In this document: positions 8,840 through 18,042 of the stretch, in pieces
How the letters are laid out: every line of letters starts with the position of its first letter
Numbering within the stretch: position 1 is the first letter of the stretch
IMG/VR virus record: IMGVR_UViG_3300009093_000040
Strand: one strand, 5' to 3'
Source: a virus
Taxonomy: Duplodnaviria; Heunggongvirae; Uroviricota; Caudoviricetes
Length of the DNA stretch: 64,000 bases
Program-made: the position numbers and the translations under genes
Notes under the pieces: generated by a model
Told to the model about the DNA's origin: nothing
Seen by the model: only the letters and a program-made list of their open reading frames with translations
Databases searched by the model: none

Positions 8840-9385
8840 TTATTTTGAAAATTCCCACTTAAATCCTCCGGCAGTTTTTTCTTTACCGTAAATACAGGCA
8901 GAAATGTTTTTATAGGAAATGTTATTATCTTTTCCTGCTTCTCGGGCGTTTACATATGTGCTAATAAATTCTCCTTTTTTATTCAACTTGTTTATCGGTT
9001 TTGATCCGTGGTGATTGGCTCCGGTTATCCCCGTTAATGCTCCTACTTTTAAACCAGTATCATAAGCATGCTGATTGTTTTCACTGTAAGTACTCCATTC
9101 TAAGTTATCAAGAGAAATATTTAGTTTAATCCCATCCTTATGGTTAACACAACATTTACCTTCAGGATTTGGTATGAAAGCAATTGCTAAAAGTCGATGA
9201 ACTTTAAAAGTGTAAACTTTACTATTTACATATAAGGAGACAACAATGTAACCAGTTTTTCCAACTCTTGTTTTAATTGTTCTTCCTTTTTTCTTATCAT
9301 ATTTGAATGATAAAATGTTTCCAAGACTACTGATTTTATACTGCTTTTTTGTTCCTGAAATATATTTCCAAATTTCCATAATCAT
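8840..9385 (-). CDS. NUMOD4-HNH-NUMOD1 homing endonuclease
   Basis: EIWKYI...YKISSLGNI (NUMOD4), VHRLLAIAFIPN...VNHKDG.KLN...NLEW (HNH), C-terminal GGFKW. Confidence 0.9.
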   Translation of the reverse strand: MIMEIWKYISGTKKQYKISSLGNILSFKYDKKKGRTIKTRVGKTGYIVVSLYVNSKVYTFKVHRLLAIAFIPNPEGKCCVNHKDGIKLNISLDNLEWSTYSENNQHAYDTGLKVGALTGITGANHHGSKPINKLNKKGEFISTYVNAREAGKDNNISYKNISACIYGKEKTAGGFKWEFSK

Positions 9386-9506
9386 AATTGCCTCTTACGG
9401 TAGTTGTTTACACCAATATCAATAAAGATAAGGATACTACTTTCAGAGGCTTTATGTTAATGTTTTTGAATATTGATATGATGTAAACAGTACAAATATA
9501 CAAAAT

Positions 9507-9716
9507 TTACGTTATAAATTGTTCAAGTCGTAAATCTTCTATCAAATCATGGAAATCAACTATTCCATCGCTGCCCGGCACTTTGTCCTCCTTTCGCAGC
9601 TTACCGGAGTTAAGGTCAGTTATCCAGTCAGCGAGGTTATCAATTGATTTATCTCTCCACTTCGGATAGGTCTGCCTTAACTTGGTTTTAAGTGTTTCTT
9701 TTTCTGTTTCACTCAT
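9507..9716 (-). CDS. Hypothetical protein
   Basis: 69-aa ORF coupled to the upstream gene. Confidence 0.55.
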   Translation of the reverse strand: MSETEKETLKTKLRQTYPKWRDKSIDNLADWITDLNSGKLRKEDKVPGSDGIVDFHDLIEDLRLEQFIT

Positions 9717-10147
9717 ACTATTTGAGGTCTTGTGTTATGTAAACGAATAGTTAATTCCTCGTAAGCATCCTCATCTCCCAATTGAATAGACCCTGCCTCT
9801 ACAAACTCATCATATTCTTCTTGTTCTCTATCACCATCTGGTGATTCAAGGAAATAGCGAATTTTTATGTAAGCATGCATATCTTCCATGGAATCCAAAT
9901 CGTTTTGATTGAATTCTATTTGTCCATTCTCATCGTGCCCGTGACGCGTCGTTAACATATCACAGAGAGTACTGTATAACTGTTCATTTATTTGTCGCAA
10001 AGTTTTTGGTTTCTCTATGTTTAAGATATATTCATCCAAATCTTTTAGAATTTCTTCAAGATCATTTCTTTGTTCGCTTTCTGCATCCAAAAAATTAATA
10101 ACTACACGTAATGAGGCTGCTTGTTGTTTTAAATTTTCTTTTGTCAT
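9713..10147 (-). CDS. Hypothetical protein
   Basis: 144-aa ORF. Confidence 0.65.
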   Translation of the reverse strand: MTKENLKQQAASLRVVINFLDAESEQRNDLEEILKDLDEYILNIEKPKTLRQINEQLYSTLCDMLTTRHGHDENGQIEFNQNDLDSMEDMHAYIKIRYFLESPDGDREQEEYDEFVEAGSIQLGDEDAYEELTIRLHNTRPQIV

Positions 10148-10554
10148 TTGTAATAGGTTTAATAAATCCCCACTGCACCACCACAGGCTGCAGGGATTTC
10201 ACGATCAAGACCGATTATTGTACTGCAGCTTTTAACCTATAAGGGATCCGTTATCCTTAGCGCTTTCACTTGCCACGGATCAACAACAAGATGGATTGCT
10301 TTTATTTACAGGTCATTGCTGTACCTATAACTGTTAATACTAATACTAAAATTAAGCACCCAGTAATAAATCGGAATTCGTTTTTATTTAGTACCATCTT
10401 TTTTCTTTTTGCGTTTTTCGAAAATCATTACGGCTTGACGTTCTTGAAAAGTTGTAGGTTTGTTTTCAAACATACGAGTTTTAATTTCTTTGATGCGTTC
10501 GTAATTCTGTTTTTGTTCAACTTTCTTTTTCATATGGGAAATAAAATTAAAAAA

Positions 10555-10851
10555 TTAATACATATCATATAAAACATAATCATCATCAGCTCTTCCACTT
10601 TTAGTTAACTCTTCAATTTCTTCAGTCAAGTTTTTTACTTCATCTTCATCAAGTTTGTGCTCTTCTTTGTTTTCAAGAATTTCTTTTAAGTATTGAAATT
10701 GTAATTCTATAATGCCTCCTCCACCATCGCCACGTTGGTCATTGGTTTCTTCGTGATTAATTATTGCCTCTCCAAGATTTGAACTAAGGCTAAAGCATAA
10801 TCCTTTTTCTGCGTAAATTATTTGTTTTACTCTATGTGATTTGATGCTCAT
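10555..10851 (-). CDS. Hypothetical protein
   Basis: 98-aa ORF. Confidence 0.6.
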   Translation of the reverse strand: MSIKSHRVKQIIYAEKGLCFSLSSNLGEAIINHEETNDQRGDGGGGIIELQFQYLKEILENKEEHKLDEDEVKNLTEEIEELTKSGRADDDYVLYDMY

Positions 10852-10863
10852 GATGGTTTGTTT

Positions 10864-11160
10864 TTAATCGTTAATAAATTGATTTTCGTTTTCCCAAGGT
10901 TTTTCAGTTATAAAATAACCTAGTCTATTTACAAAATGAAATCCTGCTATTATTTGAAGATGTATGCCTTCTCCATTTATAACAGTCCATATGTTTCCTT
11001 GCTTATGCTGTTTTACTTTTTCAAGATCCTTTCCATGTGTGTCAAACATGCAACCATCATAACCGCTGCCTTTAGTCACTTCATTTTTGATGGGCTTATA
11101 AATTTCAAAAAAATTATCCATTGAGATTTCTAATGGATTAATGTTGGTTTCTTTTTTCAT
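10864..11160 (-). CDS. Hypothetical protein
   Basis: 98-aa ORF with IWTVI...GFHFVNRLGYFITEKPW motif. Confidence 0.65.
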   Translation of the reverse strand: MKKETNINPLEISMDNFFEIYKPIKNEVTKGSGYDGCMFDTHGKDLEKVKQHKQGNIWTVINGEGIHLQIIAGFHFVNRLGYFITEKPWENENQFIND

Positions 11161-11179
11161 GTGATGGTTTATTAGTTTG

Positions 11180-11256
11180 TGTATAAGACGAGACTCGAAC
11201 TCGTACCCCTGAGTAATATTTCTATTATAATGCTATACCAGTTTAGCTACTTACAC
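11180..11256 (-). ncRNA. tRNA-like element with a degenerate anticodon arm
   Basis: Acceptor GTGTAAG/CTTATAC, D arm GCTA/TAGC, T arm ACGAG-TTCGAGT-CTCGT; anticodon region is a TAATA-GAAA-TATTA hairpin with no 7-nt loop. Confidence 0.7.
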
Positions 11257-11260
11257 AAAT

Positions 11261-11290
11261 AAAAAACTCCCTATTTAAAGAGAGTTTTTT
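11261..11290. terminator. Bidirectional intrinsic terminator-like hairpin
   Basis: AAAAAACTC...GAGTTTTTT. Confidence 0.55.
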
Positions 11291-11849
11291 AGCAAATTTA
11301 TTTCGATCTATATATTCTATTGTAGACTGATGTGCGGGCTAAGCATCCGCGCGATACAACGTAAAGGTTCCACGGCAATTTCGGTGAAACAATGTATGAT
11401 GTTCATGACGGTAATGCGATTGCAGTCTACCAATCCACTCCGTCCGGGTTGTCTTCAAAATAATTACCCAATATACCGGAAGTATAAAGGCAGCTATTAA
11501 GAAGAATATTGTTGGTTGGTTCATAAAGAAACAAAGTTAGTTAAATTATTTTTAATTAAAAAAATGGAAGCTTACAGGTAGGATACGCGTGATCGGGCGA
11601 CCCTCTACTGGCGATGTCAAGATATTATCTCAAACCTGTCTTTTTTGCTGTGCCTTCGCTCCATGTTTTTAGTGACTGTTTTGGTGTCGGTTAATTCTCC
11701 TGATTACTTAGTTTGAAACATAACAAACCCTACATTGGGAACGTATCTCATTGTAGATGATTTAGAAGCCCAAGCAGCATAATCCAATTTACCTTTAAAT
11801 AATTTGTACAAAGCGATGAAAATCATGGTTTGGGGGTTTTAAGTTAATG

Positions 11850-12041
11850 TTAGTTATATTTATGTGGATTATTAGGCACCACAATTAAATCCTTTGTAGC
11901 CTGTAATGTAAGGTTAAATTTGTTACTTATTTCTTCAATTGAGTGTACAGTGTCGGTTTCAAAGTCGATGCCTTGAATTTCTCCTCGGATGACGTATCTA
12001 CCTTTCGATTTAACTAATGCAGTTATTTTAAATCCTTTCAT
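11850..12041 (-). CDS. Hypothetical protein
   Basis: 63-aa ORF coupled to upstream gene. Confidence 0.55.
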   Translation of the reverse strand: MKGFKITALVKSKGRYVIRGEIQGIDFETDTVHSIEEISNKFNLTLQATKDLIVVPNNPHKYN

Positions 12042-12259
12042 TTCCGTGGCTTTAATTGATGAATATATAGGGCATCGTCGCTAGGGGATTGATATATCAA
12101 AACTGTGTCCGGTTTATCCGGTTCATCGGATACCCAACACATAAACTCTTCAGGAAGATAAAGCGTCGGTTGATTCTCCTGCTTCTGACGTTTTTTACCA
12201 GCTTCGAATCCACCAATCCATAGGCAGATCATTGCGAAAATTAATAGTAGAATTCTCAT
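12038..12259 (-). CDS. Hypothetical membrane-anchored protein
   Basis: Hydrophobic N-terminus; 73 aa. Confidence 0.6.
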   Translation of the reverse strand: MRILLLIFAMICLWIGGFEAGKKRQKQENQPTLYLPEEFMCWVSDEPDKPDTVLIYQSPSDDALYIHQLKPRK

Positions 12260-12567
12260 ATGTTTATTGCTTTTTGAATGGCATAATTGCCGTAATTAAC
12301 TAGGACATCTGATATTTTTTGAGGATCTCCCTCCTCGATTGCAGATTTTAACATTTGGAGAGCTTGTATCATTCTAGGGGCAGCAGCGATTAGTGCTGCG
12401 TTAGCTTTAGCCTCTTTAATACACTCTGGGTGTATGCTGAGTCCATTTGAGGGTAGGCTACAAATGTGGTCGGTTATATATCCTGAATCGTCCTTTGATA
12501 CTACTTCTATAGTTTCAATATTGGACTCTCCAATTTCCCAGTTACCGGAAGTGAATAATGTTTTCAT
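12256..12567 (-). CDS. Hypothetical protein
   Basis: ANAALIAAAP motif common in small early phage proteins. Confidence 0.7.
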   Translation of the reverse strand: MKTLFTSGNWEIGESNIETIEVVSKDDSGYITDHICSLPSNGLSIHPECIKEAKANAALIAAAPRMIQALQMLKSAIEEGDPQKISDVLVNYGNYAIQKAINI

Positions 12568-13243
12568 GTGTGATGGGTTTAAGTAGTGATAGATTCCGAA
12601 ATGTGTCCTTAGTTGTTTTGAATTGTTTCTAAGTTAGGGGCTTTAAATGTTAAAATCTGAGGCAATAGTAAGCGGTCGGATTCTCCTGATAGCTCTCTTT
12701 AGTTATATAGTGTTATAAGAGCTAGTATATAGGTTACAACCCTTCCCTAAAGTTTAGAGATTCAGTTGTATGTTTCACCTGTGCCCTCAATTGTATTAAG
12801 CTAGGGGCTTTTTACATTATGTTAAATAGGTCAATGTCTACCTACCACCTTGATTTACAATAACATATAAAACAATTTCCCCCTATTTTAATTAATTATT
12901 ATGTTAAATAGAAAACTTTCTTGCCCGAAAACAAAGGAAAGTCTACTTAACATAATGTAGGAAGAGCTTAAAATCAATAAGTTATAAGACAATTTGATAG
13001 AACTAGGGGGTGAGTGAATAAGAAAGAGAGAAGGATAACCAAAGTTGATAGAGGTGAGGGAACATTAAAAACAGAGAAGGATAAAATCATTTAAAGATTT
13101 AAAGGGAACAATGAAAAAGATTCAATATCAATTCGTTAGAAAGAAAAACTGGGGGTTGTTGCCCCCAGCTCTCATAATAAAGTAAGCGGTATCAATTAAG
13201 TAAAAGCCCCCAGACTCGGGGGCACGCTGTTTCATCCAAGGGA

Positions 13244-13606
13244 CTACTGTGCATTTACAGCAGGCAAGTCTTTCATGTTGACCTTACCTCCAATTAAAAT
13301 CTCCGCGGTTTCTCTACCGTGCTGCTCCACAAGTGATTGAATCTGAGCAGCTACTGTATCGTCTACCACGAAGGTCAGCTTGTTGTCTTTGTCTTTAGCT
13401 TCACGTAACTCTGCTGTTTTACCGGCAAAGCGTGGAGTAAAGTACAAGGGCTTCTTACTGTCTTTGTCCTCGATATAAAATGTTCCTTTGCTTTCTTTGT
13501 ACGCTTTAAGTGTGGCTTCGTCGCCAATAACTTCATATACAAATACTAATGTACCAGTAACGCGTTTACGATACTGTCTTACGAAAATGATTCCTAACTT
13601 TTTCAT
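13244..13606 (-). CDS. Hypothetical protein
   Basis: 120-aa ORF downstream of a CACTCACCCCT motif. Confidence 0.7.
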   Translation of the reverse strand: MKKLGIIFVRQYRKRVTGTLVFVYEVIGDEATLKAYKESKGTFYIEDKDSKKPLYFTPRFAGKTAELREAKDKDNKLTFVVDDTVAAQIQSLVEQHGRETAEILIGGKVNMKDLPAVNAQ

Positions 13607-13836
13607 GGTGGATTTTGTTTAGATTGTTTATATTTATAATTATTTGGTTGCAATTAGGGGTGAGTGAATGGATTTGAGCGAGGGGTAATCGATACTAATT
13701 GAGTATTCGTCGAAGAATAGTATAGTAAAACACGGGGTTTTATAGCACTTATACTCAATTCGTCGAAATCAGATAAGCAGGACAGCACCCCTTCGAGGGC
13801 ACTGCCGGCTAACCTGTTTCCCATCACAAGGAAATA

Positions 13837-14064
13837 TTATCTGCTTTGCTGTCTGTAATGCATAGCATTGTCATGCTTGTGCTTATTCTCAGACCATAAA
13901 GCTCTCCATACCGATAGTAGGATTATATCTCCAATCGTTCCGATGCCTCCCCAGTTTAAGAGATGATCGTTATGGTTTACGGAACCGAACACTATGCTCA
14001 GTACTCCGATTAATGTGATTACGATGGCACCAATAAGTGTCATAATGTGAAGACTTGTTTTCAT
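13837..14064 (-). CDS. Small two-TM membrane protein
   Basis: Start moved to ATG 14064 (MKTSLH); two hydrophobic segments. Confidence 0.6.
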   Translation of the reverse strand: MKTSLHIMTLIGAIVITLIGVLSIVFGSVNHNDHLLNWGGIGTIGDIILLSVWRALWSENKHKHDNAMHYRQQSR

Positions 14065-14246
14065 GTGATGTGATTTTAAATTGTTAAAAATAACGGGCTT
14101 GACGTACCCGCTGTGTCCCTCCTGACAGGGAACGAATGGCAACTCCTACATTGAACCATTAAGGTTGGGAGGCTTGTAGCTGTACACGCTACCCTGTGCG
14201 AGGAACTAAATCCCAAGTACACTATATTCTTGTGCCTCCCAATTTG

Positions 14247-14462
14247 TTAAGTCTCAGCTACCTTAACCATACCTTCGTTGGTAAGTTTAAATAGTATGCC
14301 GTTCACCATGTCCTTGAACATGTTGGGCTCGGTTTCTTTTAGAATAAGTTCAGGTGCTGCTTCCCGTGGGCTATACACTTGTGCTACTCTTTTTGTTTTG
14401 TTACTGTCTTTGCGGATGCTCACTATCTTTAGTGCGCCTTCCAATAATAGTTTTGTAATCAT
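14247..14462 (-). CDS. Hypothetical protein
   Basis: 71-aa ORF downstream of a CACTCACCCCT motif. Confidence 0.6.
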   Translation of the reverse strand: MITKLLLEGALKIVSIRKDSNKTKRVAQVYSPREAAPELILKETEPNMFKDMVNGILFKLTNEGMVKVAET

Positions 14463-14869
14463 GTGATGGGTTTTAATTTATATTTAGATGAGATAAGGGG
14501 TGAGTGAGCTGGGTTGGCGAGGGGCTAAAGGGTACTATACAATGAAGTAGAACAGGTGCTTTATAATCTCTCGCTGTATCCTTAGCGATCAATCAACCGT
14601 AAGTCACAGGACCTGACCCACCTATTCTCGTTTCTTTCCCCCGGTTAAGAGATTTTCTCTGGCAAAAAAAAGAAGGCTCTTTTAAACTTTCTCCTAATAC
14701 ACAGGATTTTACTTTTAGATTGATAGGGGGTGAGTCCAATTCCCATCGTGTGCCGGGGGTCTTGAGGGGGGAGGTAACGACAGCCCCTAGTCCATACAAC
14801 TTTTTAAAACCCAAAAAAATTGGGGGGTATATTTTTATTTTAAAAAAGTAATTAAGAAAGATTATTAAT

Positions 14870-14877
14870 TATATTTG
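14870..14877 (+). promoter_or_regulatory. Bacteroidota-type -7 promoter element
   Basis: TATATTTG (TAnnTTTG) just upstream of ATG 14882. Confidence 0.6.
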
Positions 14878-14881
14878 TGGA

Positions 14882-15178
14882 ATGCAAAAAGGAAGTTTAG
14901 TAAAAACAGTTGAGTGTTTTGAAGATGTTAGAAAAGTATGGGGATTAAATTATCCGGTGAAAGGAGAAATTCTTACAATAAGAGATATTTATCAACATCC
15001 AAATAAAGACATGACAAAACTAGGAATTGTTTTATTATTGTTTGAAGAAAAACCAACTTTAGTAGGTATTTGTGATAAGCAAGCAAATGGAAAAGTAAAT
15101 TTTATCGAAGTGCTGCCACCTATAAATTTAGAAAAAGAATTAGAAATAAACGTATGCAAACATTTATTGGAGATATAA
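14882..15178 (+). CDS. Hypothetical protein
   Basis: First gene of a plus-strand operon. Confidence 0.7.
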   Translation: MQKGSLVKTVECFEDVRKVWGLNYPVKGEILTIRDIYQHPNKDMTKLGIVLLLFEEKPTLVGICDKQANGKVNFIEVLPPINLEKELEINVCKHLLEI

Positions 15179-15468
15179 TAGCGCGGTTTAATTTGTTAAA
15201 GGAAGATATAATTAAAGAAAGTCTTTTAGAACATCATAAACTAGAACCTACAGAAGAAAATTTAAAAAGAGTAACACGAATTGTTACAGAAAATTTACCT
15301 GAGATAGAGGATTATTATTTGGATTCAAGTGATATAACTAACTGGGGAAATCTTGACAATAAAAAATTTGTAGCCTCTTTTAAAGTTTCATTTAAAGAAT
15401 TCTCCCTACACTTAGAAGCAAACACTCCTGTTCAAAACTCAAAACATAAAAATGAAAGAATTTTTTGA
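15154..15468 (+). CDS. Hypothetical protein
   Basis: 104-aa ORF overlapping neighbour. Confidence 0.6.
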   Translation: MQTFIGDIIARFNLLKEDIIKESLLEHHKLEPTEENLKRVTRIVTENLPEIEDYYLDSSDITNWGNLDNKKFVASFKVSFKEFSLHLEANTPVQNSKHKNERIF

Positions 15469-15573
15469 AATAATACATCAGCACCCTTTAATCGCTTTTT
15501 GTCTAGGGGTATTCATTCTTACTGCATTAGATAAAATAACAGATGCCTTAATTGTAATCTTCAAGAAAAAATA

Positions 15574-16020
15574 ATGGAAAAATACTACACCCCTAGGTTA
15601 GAAGACCTTCATATAGGGTTCGAGTGTGAAGAGTGGATTGAAAGTTATCCTGAAGGTTTTTGGTCTGATGTTTCGGAACCAATAGATAAAGACAAGCTTG
15701 AAAAAATTCTAGGATACTGTGAGCGAGATGAAGAATACTTAAAACAAAACTATCGAGTTAAGCATCTTGATAAAGAAGATTTTGAATCTCTTCAATGGAA
15801 ATTAATTTCTGAAGAAATAAAAACTTATTCTCACTGGTGTGTATTTAAAAAACAAGGAGTTGAAATAAGTGTTCAGCTTAAAAATGTAAATAAAAAATAT
15901 CCAAATCATTTAAACTTTAGAGGAGATAATAATACTTTCTTCGGTAATTTTAAAATCCTAATTAGAAATAAATCAGAACTAAAAACCTTACTTAATCAAC
16001 TTGAGAATGTCAGAAAATAA
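15574..16020 (+). CDS. Hypothetical protein (paralog of 16007-16399)
   Basis: Shared KYYTP..E..HIGFE.E, LDKED.ESL.WK and NKSE.K.L..QL motifs. Confidence 0.75.
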   Translation: MEKYYTPRLEDLHIGFECEEWIESYPEGFWSDVSEPIDKDKLEKILGYCERDEEYLKQNYRVKHLDKEDFESLQWKLISEEIKTYSHWCVFKKQGVEISVQLKNVNKKYPNHLNFRGDNNTFFGNFKILIRNKSELKTLLNQLENVRK

Positions 16021-16399
16021 ATATTACACTCCTACCATAGAAGAATTTCACATAGGCTTTGAATATGAAATTTTAGATCCAAAACAGGAATGGATAAAAC
16101 AAACATGGAGAATACACAATTTCTCAGAAGGTAGATTTAAAGCTAATCTTGAAGTTTATAATAGTGTCAGAGCAAAATGCCTTGACAAAGAAGACATTGA
16201 AAGTTTAGGCTGGAAGGAAATTGAACCTTACGGTTACAGTTTTAAAGATAAATTCTTTTTAAAAACAGGAAAAATAAAAGATGAATCTGGAGTTAATAGG
16301 TTTACAAATATTAATAATGGTAGCTTTCCTGTATTTATAGGAAATGCTAACAACAAATCAGAATTTAAAAAATTAATGATTCAACTCGGTATAAAATGA
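16007..16399 (+). CDS. Hypothetical protein (paralog of 15574-16020)
   Basis: Same motifs as the preceding gene. Confidence 0.75.
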   Translation: MSENKYYTPTIEEFHIGFEYEILDPKQEWIKQTWRIHNFSEGRFKANLEVYNSVRAKCLDKEDIESLGWKEIEPYGYSFKDKFFLKTGKIKDESGVNRFTNINNGSFPVFIGNANNKSEFKKLMIQLGIK

Positions 16400-16764
16400 G
16401 TAAAGAAAAAAATCCTCTTGATATAAGAGACACAGGCTTTCCGGATTATCCTTCAAAGCCTACAGAATTCTTTATGATGAAACATCCTGACCACATGCTA
16501 CCGGTAAAAGGAATCCGCATCAATAAAGAAGATGCCGATCCGGAGATCTTCACCATATCAACAGACGAACTGGACCATCTACACAAGACTGTACTTCTGC
16601 CCTACAAAAATAACATGGACGATCCCACTTGGATAAAAGCCTTCAAGCGGTATAACGAAGTAAGCCGTCAGGGAAAGTTACCGCTTAGCTTAGAGTGCCG
16701 AGGTTGTTATGTTAAAGTATTCACTTACATTAAAAGTTTATTTGAAGATGGCAAAAGAGATTAA
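16396..16764 (+). CDS. Hypothetical protein
   Basis: 122-aa ORF with CRGC near the C-terminus. Confidence 0.65.
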   Translation: MSKEKNPLDIRDTGFPDYPSKPTEFFMMKHPDHMLPVKGIRINKEDADPEIFTISTDELDHLHKTVLLPYKNNMDDPTWIKAFKRYNEVSRQGKLPLSLECRGCYVKVFTYIKSLFEDGKRD

Positions 16765-17149
16765 ACCAATTAACAAAATAATTCCACTAATCATCTACCC
16801 TTTTGATGTGATGATTTCCATTAACGAAAATTATGATCAGTTCGCTGATGCCGTAATGAAAAGATGGGACAGGGAAATTCTTAATGACTTTAAAAAAAAG
16901 GAAGCTATGTTACGCAAAGGTGGGCTAGGGGTTACTGCTTTGTTCACTTCAGAATCACACCGAGCTTGTATGATAAAGATAGGTGAGTTTACAAAAGATC
17001 CTCAGTCACACGGTACACTTGCACATGAAATTTTTCATGCTGTAGAATTTGTACTTCGAATTTGCGGAATGAAAGTATCGAGCACATCACATGAAGCGTA
17101 TGCGTATTTAGTTGGTTATATCACTGAGGAAATTTATAAAGAACTATGA
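16748..17149 (+). CDS. HExxH zincin-like protein
   Basis: TLAHEIFHAV...HEAYAYL; start ATG 16748. Confidence 0.6.
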   Translation: MAKEIKPINKIIPLIIYPFDVMISINENYDQFADAVMKRWDREILNDFKKKEAMLRKGGLGVTALFTSESHRACMIKIGEFTKDPQSHGTLAHEIFHAVEFVLRICGMKVSSTSHEAYAYLVGYITEEIYKEL

Positions 17150-17577
17150 GTAAAAAACCAAAGAAAATTGTAAAGTTAATTGAATGGTTAAACACAGGAA
17201 TATTTCCAGCCACAGTAATGTTCAGTATGAATTTTACTTATGAAGAATTAAATAAGGAGTTGAAAAAGAAGCGCGCCGATGATTGGATATTAGGTATAAG
17301 TGGATCTGAAAATAAAGAATTAATAAATGGAGGCTGGGTTGCACTACGCCGTGATATTGAAAATACCAAAACTAATAAAACAAAAACTTTATTTTATATT
17401 TCATTGAATACCCAATTTGATTTTTCTGATTATGACTACTGTCGGTTAGCACATGAGATTCTACACATCACACAATTTATGCTGAAGGATTTTCTTGATC
17501 GCGATAGAGAGTTTGAATGTGAAGCTTATTTACATACACATATTATGCAGCAGTGTTTAAAAAGCATTCGTGGTTAA
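17146..17577 (+). CDS. HExxH zincin-like protein (paralog)
   Basis: RLAHEILHIT...CEAYLHT. Confidence 0.6.
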   Translation: MSKKPKKIVKLIEWLNTGIFPATVMFSMNFTYEELNKELKKKRADDWILGISGSENKELINGGWVALRRDIENTKTNKTKTLFYISLNTQFDFSDYDYCRLAHEILHITQFMLKDFLDRDREFECEAYLHTHIMQQCLKSIRG

Positions 17578-17653
17578 TAAAAAAGCTCCACATTTCTGTA
17601 GAGCTTTCTTTAATCCTATGACCAAAGACAAAGGATATATTGTTCCAACGGTA

Positions 17654-17971
17654 TTACTCTTTTTTCTTATCTTTTTCCAAATTTTCTAAAAATTTTACGT
17701 GATTATTTACCGTAAAATCTATAGATTTTTTTTGATCTATCATTTGAAAAATAGATAAAGGCTTTACTATCGAAGTAGTTTGACCTTGTCCAAATACATG
17801 AGGAGATACTCCTGCATCAAGAAAATAAAACTCAGCCCATCTGGACTCTCCTCCAAAAGATTCTAAAAATCTTTTTACTAATTTGTCCCTCACATCTTCT
17901 GATGGAGAATACTCGATCTTAATGACCGGTTGATTGTCGTTATCGACATCAATTGTTACTTTTGATTTCAT
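17654..17971 (-). CDS. Hypothetical protein
   Basis: 105-aa ORF converging on a hairpin at about 17581-17607. Confidence 0.6.
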   Translation of the reverse strand: MKSKVTIDVDNDNQPVIKIEYSPSEDVRDKLVKRFLESFGGESRWAEFYFLDAGVSPHVFGQGQTTSIVKPLSIFQMIDQKKSIDFTVNNHVKFLENLEKDKKKE

Positions 17972-18042
17972 CGCTATGTGTTTTTTATTGCAGGGCTAAA
18001 TTGCTCACCGCACTACAAAGATAACACTTATTTTGAAAAAGC

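Larger units (their letters stand above)
13005..14735. repeat. Dispersed AGGGG(G)TGAGT motif, 4 copies
   Basis: Copies start at 13005, 13656, 14496 and 14725; the 13656 and 14496 copies are followed about 10 nt later by GCGAGGGG. Confidence 0.7.

Noticed and set aside
11327-11400. Hammerhead ribozyme (CTGATG...GAAAC)
   Set aside because: Core reads CTGATGT rather than CTGANGA and the stems do not assemble around it; a similar CTGATTAG at 37140 was rejected for the same reason.
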